Assembly (NCBI GenBank): GCA_964016885.1
Contig: OZ024744.1
Span: forward strand, 39,742,001 to 39,806,000
DNA: 64,000 nucleotides
DNA from: Eledone cirrhosa
Taxonomy: Eukaryota
Direction of reading: 5' to 3'
Position 1 is the first letter of the stretch; every line of letters begins with the position of its first letter. The translations under genes were made by a program, and so were the position numbers. Below the pieces are notes generated by a model, which worked only from the letters and a program-made list of their open reading frames with translations, ran no database searches and had not been told where the DNA came from. Positions 1 to 19,073 of the stretch are shown here, one piece after another.

Positions 1-1362
1 AAGGTCATGGAGCGAGTCGTCAGAAAGAAACTAATCACTTTCCTCGAAGAAAATGACCGCCTGACTAGCACGCAACATGGCTTCCGCCCAGGAAGAAGCT
101 GCCTTACACAGCTGCTACATCACTACGACTGGGTACTGAGACAGCTACTAGACAGCTCACATGTAGACGTGATATATCTTGACTTTGCGAAGGCCTTTGA
201 CAAGGTCGACCACGGAATGATATGTCACAAACTACACGGACTCGGCATAACTGGAAAAGTAGGTGAGTGGCTGCATGGCTTCCTGAGGGACAGAAGCCAG
301 GCAGTCGCAGCAAATGGGGCCCTCTCGAGGGAAACACCGATAACAAGTGGGGTGCCTCAGGGGACAGTCCTGGGACCACTACTGTTTTTGGTGGCTCTCT
401 CGGACATGCCCTCTGTGGTGCATGCAACAACATCCCTCACTAGCTATGCTGATGACACTAAGGTAGCACAGGCAATCAAAAACCCGGCTGACGCTGCCCT
501 CTTACAGCAGGATCTGGATGCCATATACAGATGGGCGGAAGAAAACAACATGCAGTTTAATGCTGGCAAATTCCAAGCCCTACAATACAAACCTGCAAAC
601 ACAAACACAAATATAGCGGAACACAGCTACACAGGACCAGGAGGGACCGATATCCCCGTGTCAAAATCGATACGAGACCTGGGCATAGACATGAGCGATG
701 ATGCATCTTTTTCTTCACACATCATGAAGGTGGCGACAGCATGTAGACGATTCGCTGGCAGGATCTTGAGGACTTTCCTTACAAGAGATCGAGACACCAT
801 GTTGACACTGTGGAGGACTTTTGTCCTAAGCCGCCTGGACTACTGCTCCCAGCTGTGGTCACCCCATAGTGTCAAACTAACCACAGAGCTTGAGGCAATC
901 CAGCGAAGCTACACCAAGAGGATTGCCAAGATGAGGGAGACAAGCTACTGGGAGAGGCTGAAGGAACTGAACCTCTACTCCTTGGAGCGAAGACGGGAGA
1001 GATACGCAGTGATCTACATGTGGAAAATCCTGGAGGGACTAGCACCAAACTTTGGCATTGGGAGCTGGACCAACCGTCGAACAGGACGTCACTGTGTGGT
1101 GCCAAAGGTCCCGTCTTCCACATCTAGAATAAGGAGCAGGTATTGCAATAGCCTGGGATTCAAGGGCCCTCAACTCTTCAACAGGCTGCCGAGGCATCTG
1201 CGAGACTTGCATGACGTGGAGGTGGATGTCTTTAAGAAACATCTCGACACCTTGTTATCCAGGATCCCGGATGAGCCCACAGCAAGACACGAGGGAAACC
1301 TAAGGGCAGCAGCAACAAACTCCCTCCTACACCAGTGGCCAACCTATACAGGCTGGAGATAA
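1..1362 (+). CDS. CR1-like ORF2 reverse transcriptase, C-terminal part
   Basis: Open frame from base 1 to TAA at 1362 with non-LTR RT motifs and no stops. Confidence 0.88.
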   Translation, partial: KVMERVVRKKLITFLEENDRLTSTQHGFRPGRSCLTQLLHHYDWVLRQLLDSSHVDVIYLDFAKAFDKVDHGMICHKLHGLGITGKVGEWLHGFLRDRSQAVAANGALSRETPITSGVPQGTVLGPLLFLVALSDMPSVVHATTSLTSYADDTKVAQAIKNPADAALLQQDLDAIYRWAEENNMQFNAGKFQALQYKPANTNTNIAEHSYTGPGGTDIPVSKSIRDLGIDMSDDASFSSHIMKVATACRRFAGRILRTFLTRDRDTMLTLWRTFVLSRLDYCSQLWSPHSVKLTTELEAIQRSYTKRIAKMRETSYWERLKELNLYSLERRRERYAVIYMWKILEGLAPNFGIGSWTNRRTGRHCVVPKVPSSTSRIRSRYCNSLGFKGPQLFNRLPRHLRDLHDVEVDVFKKHLDTLLSRIPDEPTARHEGNLRAAATNSLLHQWPTYTGWR

Positions 1363-1440
1363 AATGTGTAGCAACAAGGGCGGTGCCCCAGCATGGCCTC
1401 AGCCGGATGGCTGAAACAGGTAAAAGAGTAAAAGAGTAAT
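1..1440 (+). mobile_element. CR1-like non-LTR retrotransposon, 3' part (continues past window start)
   Basis: RT motifs [43 protein letters not shown]. Short 3' UTR ends in an 8-bp tail (GTAAAAGA)n at about 1419-1439, followed by (TA)n. Confidence 0.9.
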
Positions 1441-1441
1441 G

Positions 1442-1473
<32 letters not shown>

Positions 1474-1587
1474 TATATATATATGTATATATGTATATAT
1501 ATATATATATATACACATATATATATATATATATGTATATATATGTATATATGTATATATGTATATATATATATATATGTATATATG

Positions 1588-1644
<57 letters not shown>

Positions 1645-1645
1645 G

Positions 1646-1703
<58 letters not shown>

Positions 1704-1736
1704 TGTATATGTATATATATATGTATATATATGTAT

Positions 1737-1833
<97 letters not shown>

Positions 1834-1834
1834 A
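1440..1834. repeat. (TA)n microsatellite with mostly G interruptions
   Basis: Directly visible. Confidence 0.97.
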
Positions 1835-1961
1835 TGTAGGAGGTGAGTTTTATTGTAGTACAATAAAGCAATGCAGATATCGGATAAGAAGCACTCTACA
1901 GTATGTGGGACTGGAGTATGCATAATATAAGATCAAAAGATGGTTAAAGGAGTTCAATATA

Positions 1962-2028
1962 TTTTATTATGCGCATTTCAAAAACAAACATCATCAAACA
2001 ATAATATTTGTGTTTTCATCAGATAAAA
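1962..2028 (-). ncRNA. Minimal type I hammerhead ribozyme of the Penelope-like element (left arm)
   Basis: The - strand reads TTTTAT-CTGATGA-stem II-GAAA-TGCGCA-TA-ATAAAA: catalytic core, palindromic stem III and closing stem I. Confidence 0.75.
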
Positions 2029-3255
2029 CAGGAGAACATGATATGAAGGCTAAAAAAACACTTGTTGATAGTGCAGTTTTAAATCAACATATGAAAAGTG
2101 GTTTTAGATTGATGTGTGATATTGGGAAAAATATTTTATTTAGAGTGGGGGGGAGAGAAAAGGATGAAAAGGGAAGGAGATGAGAGGGAGAGATGGGTGA
2201 TAGAGAGAAAGAGATAGTTTTTATAACTGAGAGGAGATATATTTTATATAGAGGGGTTGAAAACCGTTGGAAGATACTGTATAAATTAAAAATTTTGAAA
2301 ATTAACGAAGGGAGGATATGTGCGAGGAAAAAATATATTATATTTAGGGAGGGGTGGGGGTGGAAAGGATGAAAAAAAGGGGAGGAGATGAGAGTGAAGG
2401 TGGAAAGGGAGAGATGGGTGATAGAGAGAAAGAGATAGTTTTTATAACTGAGAAAAAGATATAGAGAGGTTGGGAACCGTTGGAAGATAATGTATAAATT
2501 AAAGGAATTTGAAAATTAACGAAGGGAAATTATGTATGGAGATAGAGAGAAAAAAATAACGAAGGGAAATTATGTATGGAGATAGAGAGAAAAAAATAAT
2601 AATTGTGGGTGAATATTCTAACGTCAAAAGAAGAAATGTAGGAATTTTAAAATTAGCAAAGAGAAAAAGTTTATGTGTAGAAGGATTTGAGAAAAATAAT
2701 GTGAAGTTAAAGTTTTTATATTGAATTCATATGTATTAATAATGAGTTCGTTGATGGGGAGAAAAAAATAATAATAAATTAAGGATGAAATTGAGATTAA
2801 AAAGATTTATGATAGAGAGAAAAAATAATAATGATTGCGGATGAATACTCAAAATGTCAAAAACAAATGTTATTGTTTTACGAGGAGATATAATGAGGGT
2901 GATGAGTAAACGGGTATTATAGAGTGTATAATGCCCTTTAAAGTAAGGTAGATGGGTATATTTTAAAGAATATATGAGTATATATTAAAAAAAATATATA
3001 ATAATAAATTAAGGATGAAATTGAGATTAAAAAGATTTATGATAGAGGGAAAAAAATAATAATGATTGCGGATGAATATTCAAAATGTCAAAAACAAATG
3101 TTATTGTTTTACGAGAAGATAGGATGAGGGTAATGAGTAAACGAGTATTATAGAGTGTATAATGCCCTTTAAAGTAAGGTAGATGGGTATATTTTAAAGA
3201 GGTGTATGTATATGTGCCTTTGAGAAAAGATTCTAAATTGATAAAGAATTGAATA

Positions 3256-5208
3256 TTAACTGTATACTTTGTGAAAAGTTCTATGGAATTTATGCAGGCA
3301 GATGGAAAACAAATCCGAGCGTCTATTTATTATGGATTCTAGGTTAGAGATAATGGTAAATTTTTCATTTAGGCAGAGATTACAGATTTTAGATAGAGAG
3401 CTGTTCAAGTACGAGGATGCAGAAGAAATCTTTTTCCAAAAGATGTTATATTTAATGTTTTTGTCTTTTAAGGACCATATGAGTTCTGAGAGAGCAGTGT
3501 TAGTTCTTTTAAGTTTGTATTTGAAAGATGAATGATGATTATAGAGACGAGCTTTAAAAGAGGTGGAAGTGGAGCCAAAATAGGTGAAGGAATTGGTGCT
3601 AGTTATAATTTTACATTCATAAATTAAGTTTTTATCGAGGCAATGGTTGTTGAGAGGACATTTATTTTTAATGCGGCAGTTGCAATTAGAGAGATTATTA
3701 ATGAGTGATCTAGTGTTATCTATAGAAGGAATTGGATTGGAGAAGTTGTTTGCGATAGGAATAATAGTTTCTTGATTTAGAGTTGGATTATGAACATTTA
3801 GCGAAGTTGTGTTTGACGTTGCATTTGGGTTTACAGAAGTTAGCCTAGGGTTTACAATGACGTCAGGAGTACTATTATTGTTATTATGAGATTCAATATT
3901 GGAAGGAAGAGATTTAGTATTTAATATTTTGTTGTTGTGTTTAGAGATGATGTTGGAAATATTGGAGGATGTAGAATACGAAAATTTGATGGTGTGTTTG
4001 TTAAATATTTTACTATAGATATGTGAGGGAGGGAAGCATTTATTTAAGGCACTAAAAAATAATTTAGGAATATTGTTATTAATAGAGATGGAGAAAGGAG
4101 CATTATACCAGATTATGTTTTTGTATCTAGGTCTTTTATTAAAATTATTGGAATGGTTATGATTAAATATTCTACTGTAAGTTTTCCTAGAATTTGTTTC
4201 TTTATTATATTTGATTTTATCTGGATAGCCGGCTTTAGAAAGTGCGTTATTATAGTAATTGGCGTTAGCATCAAAGATGTTTTTATTAGAAGATATGTTA
4301 GATATTCTATTTCCAATATTATTAACTATAGCATTCTTGATATTGGTAGGATGGTTAGATTTAAAGTTAACATAATTAAGATTCTCATTGTTTTTATGGT
4401 AAGGGTAATATAGGCCAGTGTCAAGATTAAGAGATACATCCAAGAAATTAGCTAGTTTGGTACTATTATCAAATTCAATTTTTAGGTTATGTTGGTTAAA
4501 GAGATTACGTATATTGTTCTTAATAATATTAAGTTTAACTGTATTGCAATTTAGGATAGTAAAGAGTCCATCGTCACGATAAATTCCACCGCGAAGTTGA
4601 GGAATTTTCCGACTCAAAGAGTTCAAAATGAAGATACCAATTAAATCAGTCAATTGGGATGAATCGGATGCTCCCATTGTGATGTCGAAGTTGTTAGAGG
4701 TATCGGCTCTGGTCCAATATTCGTTGTTGAACTCTAGGATGGTTTTACGTGCGGTGAGGATGATGTGAAGTTCATCTGTGGTGATGTCAGAATATTTAAG
4801 TGCGAAAGATAGAGCATTATTGAGAAGTGAAGGCGAAATGGAGGAATAGTAGCTGGCAATATCGAATTGAATAAATTTTAGTTTGTTTTTATTATCCAAT
4901 TTGTTGAACCAGCCAATCACTTCAGAAGTACCAAACCATAAATTTAGGTTTAAAGAAGAGCAATTAGAACTAACCTGTGGGATAATCCTATCCAAGATGG
5001 CTTTACTAACAACCCCCAGATCAGATTTAGAGGGGGCGATTAATCTAACAGGTAGTTCAGTGCGAAAATTGTTTTTGTGATCCTTGAGATTTATCCTCGG
5101 AGTTCTTGGGAGGAATGGTTCGGTCTTTTTTTCAATGCCAAGTTTTGACATAATCTCATAGGCTTCAAGGTTTATGCATTCTAAATTTTCATGGTTGGTT
5201 TTACGATA
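3256..5208 (-). CDS. Penelope-like RT plus GIY-YIG endonuclease, 5'-truncated at the inversion point
   Basis: RT motifs FDIASYYSSI, ITMGAS, IYRDDG, FLDV. Cys motif CNCRIKNKCPLNNHC. GIY-YIG-like LIYECKI...YFGST...FKARLYNHHSSF...CNLCLNEK...INRRS. The frame stays open upstream of the ATG at 5151 to the junction at 5208. Confidence 0.88.
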   Translation of the reverse strand, partial: YRKTNHENLECINLEAYEIMSKLGIEKKTEPFLPRTPRINLKDHKNNFRTELPVRLIAPSKSDLGVVSKAILDRIIPQVSSNCSSLNLNLWFGTSEVIGWFNKLDNKNKLKFIQFDIASYYSSISPSLLNNALSFALKYSDITTDELHIILTARKTILEFNNEYWTRADTSNNFDITMGASDSSQLTDLIGIFILNSLSRKIPQLRGGIYRDDGLFTILNCNTVKLNIIKNNIRNLFNQHNLKIEFDNSTKLANFLDVSLNLDTGLYYPYHKNNENLNYVNFKSNHPTNIKNAIVNNIGNRISNISSNKNIFDANANYYNNALSKAGYPDKIKYNKETNSRKTYSRIFNHNHSNNFNKRPRYKNIIWYNAPFSISINNNIPKLFFSALNKCFPPSHIYSKIFNKHTIKFSYSTSSNISNIISKHNNKILNTKSLPSNIESHNNNNSTPDVIVNPRLTSVNPNATSNTTSLNVHNPTLNQETIIPIANNFSNPIPSIDNTRSLINNLSNCNCRIKNKCPLNNHCLDKNLIYECKIITSTNSFTYFGSTSTSFKARLYNHHSSFKYKLKRTNTALSELIWSLKDKNIKYNIFWKKISSASSYLNSSLSKICNLCLNEKFTIISNLESIINRRSDLFSICLHKFHRTFHKVYS

Positions 5209-6230
5209 CTAACGCCAATTACTATAATAACGCACTTTCTAAAGCCGGCTATCCAGATAAAATCAAATATAATAAAGAAACAAATTCTAGGAAAACTTAC
5301 AGTAGAATATTTAATCATAACCATTCCAATAATTTTAATAAAAGACCTAGATACAAAAACATAATCTGGTATAATGCTCCTTTCTCCATCTCTATTAATA
5401 ACAATATTCCTAAATTATTTTTTAGTGCCTTAAATAAATGCTTCCCTCCCTCACATATCTATAGTAAAATATTTAACAAACACACCATCAAATTTTCGTA
5501 TTCTACATCCTCCAATATTTCCAACATCATCTCTAAACACAACAACAAAATATTAAATACTAAATCTCTTCCTTCCAATATTGAATCTCATAATAACAAT
5601 AATAGTACTCCTGACGTCATTGTAAACCCTAGGCTAACTTCTGTAAACCCAAATGCAACGTCAAACACAACTTCGCTAAATGTTCATAATCCAACTCTAA
5701 ATCAAGAAACTATTATTCCTATTATTCCTATCGCAAACAACTTCTCCAATCCAATTCCTTCTATAGATAACACTAGATCACTCATTAATAATCTCTCTAA
5801 TTGCAACTGCCGCATTAAAAATAAATGTCCTCTCAACAACCATTGCCTCGATAAAAACTTAATTTATGAATGTAAAATTATAACTAGCACCAATTCCTTC
5901 ACCTATTTTGGCTCCACTTCCACCTCTTTTAAAGCTCGTCTCTATAATCATCATTCATCTTTCAAATACAAACTTAAAAGAACTAACACTGCTCTCTCAG
6001 AACTCATATGGTCCTTAAAAGACAAAAACATTAAATATAACATCTTTTGGAAAAAGATTTCTTCTGCATCCTTGTACTTGAACAGCTCTCTATCTAAAAT
6101 CTGTAATCTCTGCCTAAATGAAAAATTTACCATTATCTCTAACCTAGAATCCATAATAAATAGACGCTCGGATTTGTTTTCCATCTGCCTGCATAAATTC
6201 CATAGAACTTTTCACAAAGTATACAGTTAA
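5209..6230 (+). pseudogene. Inverted partial copy of the Penelope-like ORF (linker and endonuclease only)
   Basis: Mirror of 3256-4268 with a 9-bp duplication (attattcct, about 5712-5729); stop TAA at 6228-6230. Confidence 0.85.
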
Positions 6231-7417
6231 TATTCAATTCTTTATCAATTTAGAATCTTTTCTCAAAGGCACATATACATACACCTCTTTAAAATATACC
6301 CATCTACCTTACTTTAAAGGGCATTATACACTCTATAATACTCGTTTACTCATTACCCTCATCCTATCTTCTCGTAAAACAATAACATTTGTTTTTGACA
6401 TTTTGAATATTCATCCGCAATCATTATTATTTTTTTCCCTCTATCATAAATCTTTTTAATCTCAATTTCATCCTTAATTTATTATTATATATTTTTTTTA
6501 ATATATACTCATATATTCTTTAAAATATACCCATCTACCTTACTTTAAAGGGCATTATACACTCTATAATACCCGTTTACTCATCACCCTCATTATATCT
6601 CCTCGTAAAACAATAACATTTGTTTTTGACATTTTGAGTATTCATCCGCAATCATTATTATTTTTTCTCTCTATCATAAATCTTTTTAATCTCAATTTCA
6701 TCCTTAATTTATTATTATTTTTTTCTCCCCATCAACGAACTCATTATTAATACATATGAATTCAATATAAAAACTTTAACTTCACATTATTTTTCTCAAA
6801 TCCTTCTACACATAAACTTTTTCTCTTTGCTAATTTTAAAATTCCTACATTTCTTCTTTTGACGTTAGAATATTCACCCACAATTATTATTTTTTTCTCT
6901 CTATCTCCATACATAATTTCCCTTCGTTAATTTTCAAATTCCTTTAATTTATACATTATCTTCCAACGGTTCCCAACCTCTCTATATCTTTTTCTCAGTT
7001 ATAAAAACTATCTCTTTCTCTCTATCACCCATCTCTCCCTTTCCACCTTCACTCTCATCTCCTCCCCTTTTTTTCATCCTTTCCACCCCCACCCCTCCCT
7101 AAATATAATATATTTTTTCCTCGCACATATCCTCCCTTCGTTAATTTTCAAAATTTTTAATTTATACAGTATCTTCCAACGGTTTTCAACCCCTCTATAT
7201 AAAATATATCTCCTCTCAGTTATAAAAACTATCTCTTTCTCTCTATCACCCATCTCTCCCTCTCATCTCCTTCCCTTTTCATCCTTTTCTCTCCCCCCCT
7301 CTCTAAATAAAATATTTTTCCCAATATCACACATCAATCTAAAACCACTTTTCATATGTTGATTTAAAACTGCACTATCAACAAGTGTTTTTTTAGCCTT
7401 CATTTCATGTTCTCCTG

Positions 7418-7484
7418 TTTTATCTGATGAAAACACAAATATTATTGTTTGATGATGTTTCTTTTTGAAATGCGCATAATAAAA
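7418..7484 (+). ncRNA. Minimal type I hammerhead ribozyme (right arm)
   Basis: ttttat CTGATGA aaacac...gtttcttttt GAAA tgcgca TA ataaaa. Confidence 0.75.
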
Positions 7485-7524
7485 TATATTGAACTCCTTT
7501 AACCATCTTTTGATCTTATATTAT

Positions 7525-7844
<320 letters not shown>

Positions 7845-8156
7845 ACACCACCCCGTTCTATGTAAAGTTATGTTGGTGCCGCGCCATCGAGGCCGAAACA
7901 AATGAGATCGTGTAGGTGTCACGACAAAAAAACACACAGTCCACGCTGTAATGTCGCCGTGTAGGCAACACGGTAAAAACCTCCCAGACCCACACTGTAA
8001 ATGTGGTTGGTGTTAGGAAGGGCATCCAACTGTAGAAAACCTGCCAGACAGTCCTATGCGAGCAAGACAATCACTCTTGCCTCAAGTGGGACTACCCCCG
8101 TCCAAACCCATGCAAGCGTGGAACACGGACGTTAAACGTTGATGATGATGATGATG

Positions 8157-8158
<2 letters not shown>
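7845..8158 (+). mobile_element. RTE family A, 3' UTR-only copy with (GAT)n tail
   Basis: Reverse complement of about 10401-10719, nearly identical. Confidence 0.88.
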
Positions 8159-10400
<2,242 letters not shown>

Positions 10401-12695
10401 CATCATCATCATCATCATCATCAACGTTTAACGTCCGTGTTCCACGCTTGCATGGGTTTGGACGGGGGTAGTCCCACTTGAGGCAAGAGTGATTGTCTTG
10501 CTCGCATAGGACTGTCTGGCAGGTTTTCTACAGTTGGATGCCCTTCCTAACACCAACCACATTTACAGTGTGGGTCTGGGAGGTTTTTACCGTGTTGCCT
10601 ACACGGCCACATTACAGCGTGGACTGTGTGTTTTTTTGTCGTGACACCTACACGATCTCATTTGTTTCGGCCTCGATGGCGCGGCACCAACATAACTTTA
10701 CATAGAACGGGGTGGTGTGGATCGGGTGGGGGTGGGGGTGGTGGGACGGGGTGTATTTTGTTAGAGATGCCTACTGGCTGGAGTAGGTTTTACTATATAT
10801 TTAGGTAAGGCGGGTCTTCTCTGTTACTGAGTACCGCCAAAGGTCTCGGTCCAGTGACATTGTCTTGGAGAGGTGTAAGTGTGTGATGTCGGAGTTTATC
10901 AGCTCGTCCCAGGTTTTTCTAGGTCTGCCTATTCCGTGACTACCGTCTATCTTTATTGCCCTGCACTTTGTTATACAGCTATCGACTTTCATGCGCATCA
11001 CGTGTCCATACCAACGTAGCCTTCTCTCGAGTAAACAACATCTGATCCCTCTTATCTCTAATTTATTCCTTAGTTCGTTTATGCTTTGCCGTTCACGTAT
11101 ATTACTGTTACACATCCAGCGGAGCATGCAAGCTTCGTTCCTCTCTAGTCTGCGTATATCCTCTGCACACAATGCCCAGGTCTCACTGCCATGCAGCATT
11201 GCTGTTCGTATGCAGGCATCGTACAACCTGCCTTTCATTTTTAGTGAGAACCCTTTAGCAGCTAATAGTGGTATAAGCTCTCTGAACTTTTTCCAACCAG
11301 TTCTGACTCTAGCTACAGTACTTTCAGAGCACCCTCCCCCACTGCTGATTTTATCGCCCAGGTAACGGAAGCTGTCCACTATTTCTATAGAACCCTCTGC
11401 GCAATTGAAAGAGCTAGTAGTTTGTGGGCACTTGCTGCTACTTATTGCACCAGAGCACCGGCCACATGTAAAATCTATGTTCTTAGTTAGCTTACCTGTG
11501 ATCCCACTACATCTTTTATGCACCCATACTTTGCATTTAGGACATAAAATGGAGTTTCTACCTACGCCTTTCCTACACACCGAGCACGACCATTTCCCCG
11601 AAGGGACCGCCGCCTTGTTTTCTTTCCTACAAACTAGTACTTTGGTCTTAGCCAGGTTAATTTTAAGTCCTTTTGACTCTAGGCCGTGCTTCCATGTTTG
11701 GAATTTCTTCTCTAGCTCGGCCATTGATTCCGCTATGAGTGTCAGGTCGTCCGCGTATAGGAGTTCCCATGGGCAGCCTGTCTTGAACTCCTCTGTTATA
11801 GCCTGAAGGGCAATAATAAATAGTAGTGGACTGAGAACAGAGCCCTGATGGACGCCGACTTTTACGCTAAACTCTTCACTATATTCGTTGTTAATTCTAA
11901 CCTTGCTGACTGTTTCTTTATACATGGCTTGTATAGCCCTCACAAGCCATTCGTCAACGCCTAGTTTTCTAAGAGCCCACCAGATAATGGAGCGGGGGAC
12001 TCTGTCGAAGGCTTTCTCCAAGTCGACAAAAGCTAAGTAGAGGGGTTTACCTTTAGCTAGGTACTTCTCCTGTAGTTGTCGTACTATGAAAAGAGCGTCT
12101 GTGGTACTTTTGCCTGACACAAACCCGAACTGCATTTCATCTAGGTCAATTCTCTCTCTGATTAGTTGCGCTATTACTCTTTCCGTGACCTTCATGACCT
12201 GGTCGATTAATTTAATGCCTCTATAGTTACTCCTATCTAGGGCGTCTCCTTTACCCTTATAACAGTTAACGATGATGCTGCTATGCCAGTCCTTCGGAAC
12301 AACCCCGTTCTGTACGACTTGGTTAACTATGCGGGTGACCATGGTGTGTCCCACCGTGCCAGATGCCTTCAGCATCTCAGCAACTATTTCCGAAGGCCCA
12401 GCCGCCTTACCAGTCTTCATATCCTTGATTGCCTTACTTATTATACTCCCCTCGACTAACACTGCTGGTCCCTCTACTGGGTCGATATGGGGGAGACTGC
12501 CTTTCTCCCAATTATTCTCCTCATTTAGAAGCCTTTCATAGTGACACTTCCAAGCTACCTTCTTATCAGCGTCGGTGATGGCAAGTGTGCCATCGTCGTT
12601 TAGTACACACTTCTCCCCGACAATATCACGGTTTTCCTTGACGCATTGCCTAGCAATCCTGAACACCTCACGTTTTTGGTCATTGCGTTGTAGAA
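10401..12695 (-). mobile_element. RTE-clade LINE family A, 5'-truncated, intact RT frame at 10801-12695
   Basis: Motifs [74 protein letters not shown]; (CAT)n tail at 10401-10422. Confidence 0.93.
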
Positions 12696-14245
<1,550 letters not shown>

Positions 14246-14246
14246 T

Positions 14247-14456
14247 CTAGTCGATCGACTTTCGTCAAATCGGACCGAGGAAACTATGTTTCCGTTGGTC
14301 TTTCCAATTGCTAATACTATCTATCGGTCGCAACTCCAGGTAGAAGGAGCAACGTGAAATAAAGTGTCTTGCTCAAGGACATAACGCATCGCCTGGTTCA
14401 GGAATCGAACTCACAATTGTGAATCCAATACTCTAACCACTCAGCCACACGCCTTC
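14247..14456 (-). mobile_element. tRNA-derived CORE-type SINE (resembles octopus OR1/OR2 families)
   Basis: The - strand has A box TGGCTGAGTGG, B box GTTCGATTCC and CORE-like TGTCCTTGAGCAAGACACTT; homologue at about 48938-49140 on +. Confidence 0.75.
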
Positions 14457-14457
14457 A

Positions 14458-15366
<909 letters not shown>

Positions 15367-16664
15367 TGCTACTAGACAGCTCACATGTAGACGTGATATA
15401 TCTTGACTTTGCGAAGGCCTTTGACAAGGTCGACCACGGAATGATATGTCACAAACTACACGGACTCGGCATAACTGGAAAAGTAGGTGAGTGGCTGCAT
15501 GGCTTCCTGAGGGACAGAAGCCAGGCAGTCGCAGCAAATGGGGCTCTCTCGAGGGAAACACCGATAACAAGTGGGGTGCCTCAGGGGACAGTCCTGGGAC
15601 CACTACTGTTTTTGGTGGCTCTCTCGGACATGCCCTCTGTGGTGCATGCAACAACATCCCTCACTAGCTATGCTGATGACACTAAGGTAGCACAGGCAAT
15701 CAAAAACCCGGCTGACACTGCCCTCTTACAGCAGGATCTGGATGCCATATACAGATGGGCGGAAGAAAACAACATGCAGTTTAATGCTGGCAAATTCCAA
15801 GCCCTACAATACAAACCTGCAAACACAAACACAAATATAGCGGAACACAGCTACACAGGACCAGGAGGGACCGATATCCCCGTGTCAAAATCGATACGAG
15901 ACCTGGGCATAGACATGAGCGATGATGCATCTTTTTCTTCACACATCATGAAGGTGGCGACAGCATGTAGACGATTCGCTGGCTGGATCTTGAGGACTTT
16001 CCTTACAAGAGATCGAGACACCATGTTGACACTGTGGAGGACTTTTGTCCTAAGCCGCCTGGACTACTGCTCCCAGCTGTGGTCACCCCATAGTGTCAAA
16101 CTAACCACAGAGCTTGAGGCAATCCAGCGAAGCTACACCAAGAGGATTGCCAAGATGAGGGAGACAAGCTACTGGGAGAGGCTGAAGGAACTGAACCTCT
16201 ACTCCTTGGAGCGAAGACGGGAGAGATACGCAGTGATCTACATGTGGAAAATCCTGGAGGGACTAGCACCAAACTTTGGCATTGGGAGCTGGACCAACCG
16301 TCGAACAGGACGTCACTGTGTGGTGCCAAAGGTCCCGTCTTCCACATCTAGAATAAGGAGCAGGTATTGCAATAGCCTGGGATTCAAGGGCCCTCAACTC
16401 TTCAACAGGCTGCCGAGGCATCTGCGAGACTTGCATGACGTGGAGGTGGATGTCTTTAAGAAACATCTCGACACCTTGTTATCCAGGATCCCGGATGAGC
16501 CCACAGCAAGACACGAGGGAAACCTAAGGGCAGCAGCAACAAACTCCCTCCTACACCAGTGGCCAACCTATACAGGCTGGAGATAAAGTGTGTAGCAGCA
16601 AGGGCGGTGCCCCAGCATGGCCTCAGCCGGATGGCTGAAACAGGTAAAAGAGTAAAAGAGTAAA

Positions 16665-16665
<1 letters not shown>
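15367..16665 (+). mobile_element. CR1-like LINE, 5'-truncated, near-identical to 144-1440
   Basis: Same RT peptide with two visible substitutions (A/T, R/W); stop at 16586; same (GTAAAAGA)n tail. Confidence 0.92.
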
Positions 16666-18157
<1,492 letters not shown>

Positions 18158-18873
18158 TCATCATCATCATCATCATCATCATCATTTTACGTCCGCTTTT
18201 CCCTGCTTGCAAGGGTGGGACGGGTCTTATTCAGCACAGCATCTCTCCACTCGTCACGGTCCCTCGTCATCTCCACCGTGAGCTTCAATGATCTGAGGTC
18301 TGTTCTCACCACCTCCGCCCATGTTTTTCGTGGTCTACCTCTACCACGTCTTCCTTCAACTGGCATTTCCTGGCACTTCTTCACCCATCGGTCATCCTCC
18401 ATGCGCATCACATGTCCATACCACCTCAGTCTCCTCTCCCGTACACTACATTCTATCCCTCTCAGACACAGTTTCTCTCTCAACACATTTATGCTGGGTC
18501 GTTCACGCACATTTACACTGCACATCCAACGGAGCATGCTTGCCTCATTTCTCTCCAGCCGTCGCATATCTTCTGCGGTAGCTGCCCATGTCTCACTACC
18601 ATGCAGCATCGCGCTCCTCACACAGGCATCATACAACCGGCCTTTCGTACGCAGGGAGAAACCCTTCTTCGTCAACAGAGGAAGCAGCTCCCTAAACTTC
18701 TTCCAACCCGTCCTTATTCTAGATACTATGCCTCGGAACACCCTCCTCCCATGCTAATCTGATCTCCTAGGTACCGGAAGCTATCCACCACTTCTATAGC
18801 GCCCTCTCGCATTTGAAAAATGTGTCTATCAGTGCGACTTCTACTGTCTAATTTCCCTGTACATCTACTGCAT
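18158..18873 (-). mobile_element. RTE family B, 3' end (runs into the gap)
   Basis: [37 protein letters not shown]; very short 3' UTR and (CAT)n tail. Confidence 0.88.
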
Positions 18874-19073
18874 NNNNNNNNNNNNNNNNNNNNNNNNNNN
18901 NNNNNNNNNNNNNNNNNNNNNNNNNNNNNNNNNNNNNNNNNNNNNNNNNNNNNNNNNNNNNNNNNNNNNNNNNNNNNNNNNNNNNNNNNNNNNNNNNNNN
19001 NNNNNNNNNNNNNNNNNNNNNNNNNNNNNNNNNNNNNNNNNNNNNNNNNNNNNNNNNNNNNNNNNNNNNNNNN
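18874..19073. other. Assembly gap, 200 N
   Basis: Run of N. Confidence 1.

Larger units (their letters stand above)
1835..7524. mobile_element. Penelope-like element (C-terminal GIY-YIG type) in inverted, 3'-ends-outward configuration
   Basis: 5209-7524 is the reverse complement of about 1922-4268. The left arm carries the RT-EN ORF on the - strand. Both arms carry a hammerhead motif and end at (TA)n arrays. Confidence 0.9.

Noticed and set aside
10991-12541. ORFs antisense to RTE/CR1 coding regions (also 104-1242, 44367-46148)
   Set aside because: Shadow frames that recur only because the elements are repeated.
14380-14456. tRNA-like sequence (also 24442, 34230, 48938, 57580)
   Set aside because: These are SINE heads with A/B boxes but no complete cloverleaf, and they continue into the CORE domain.
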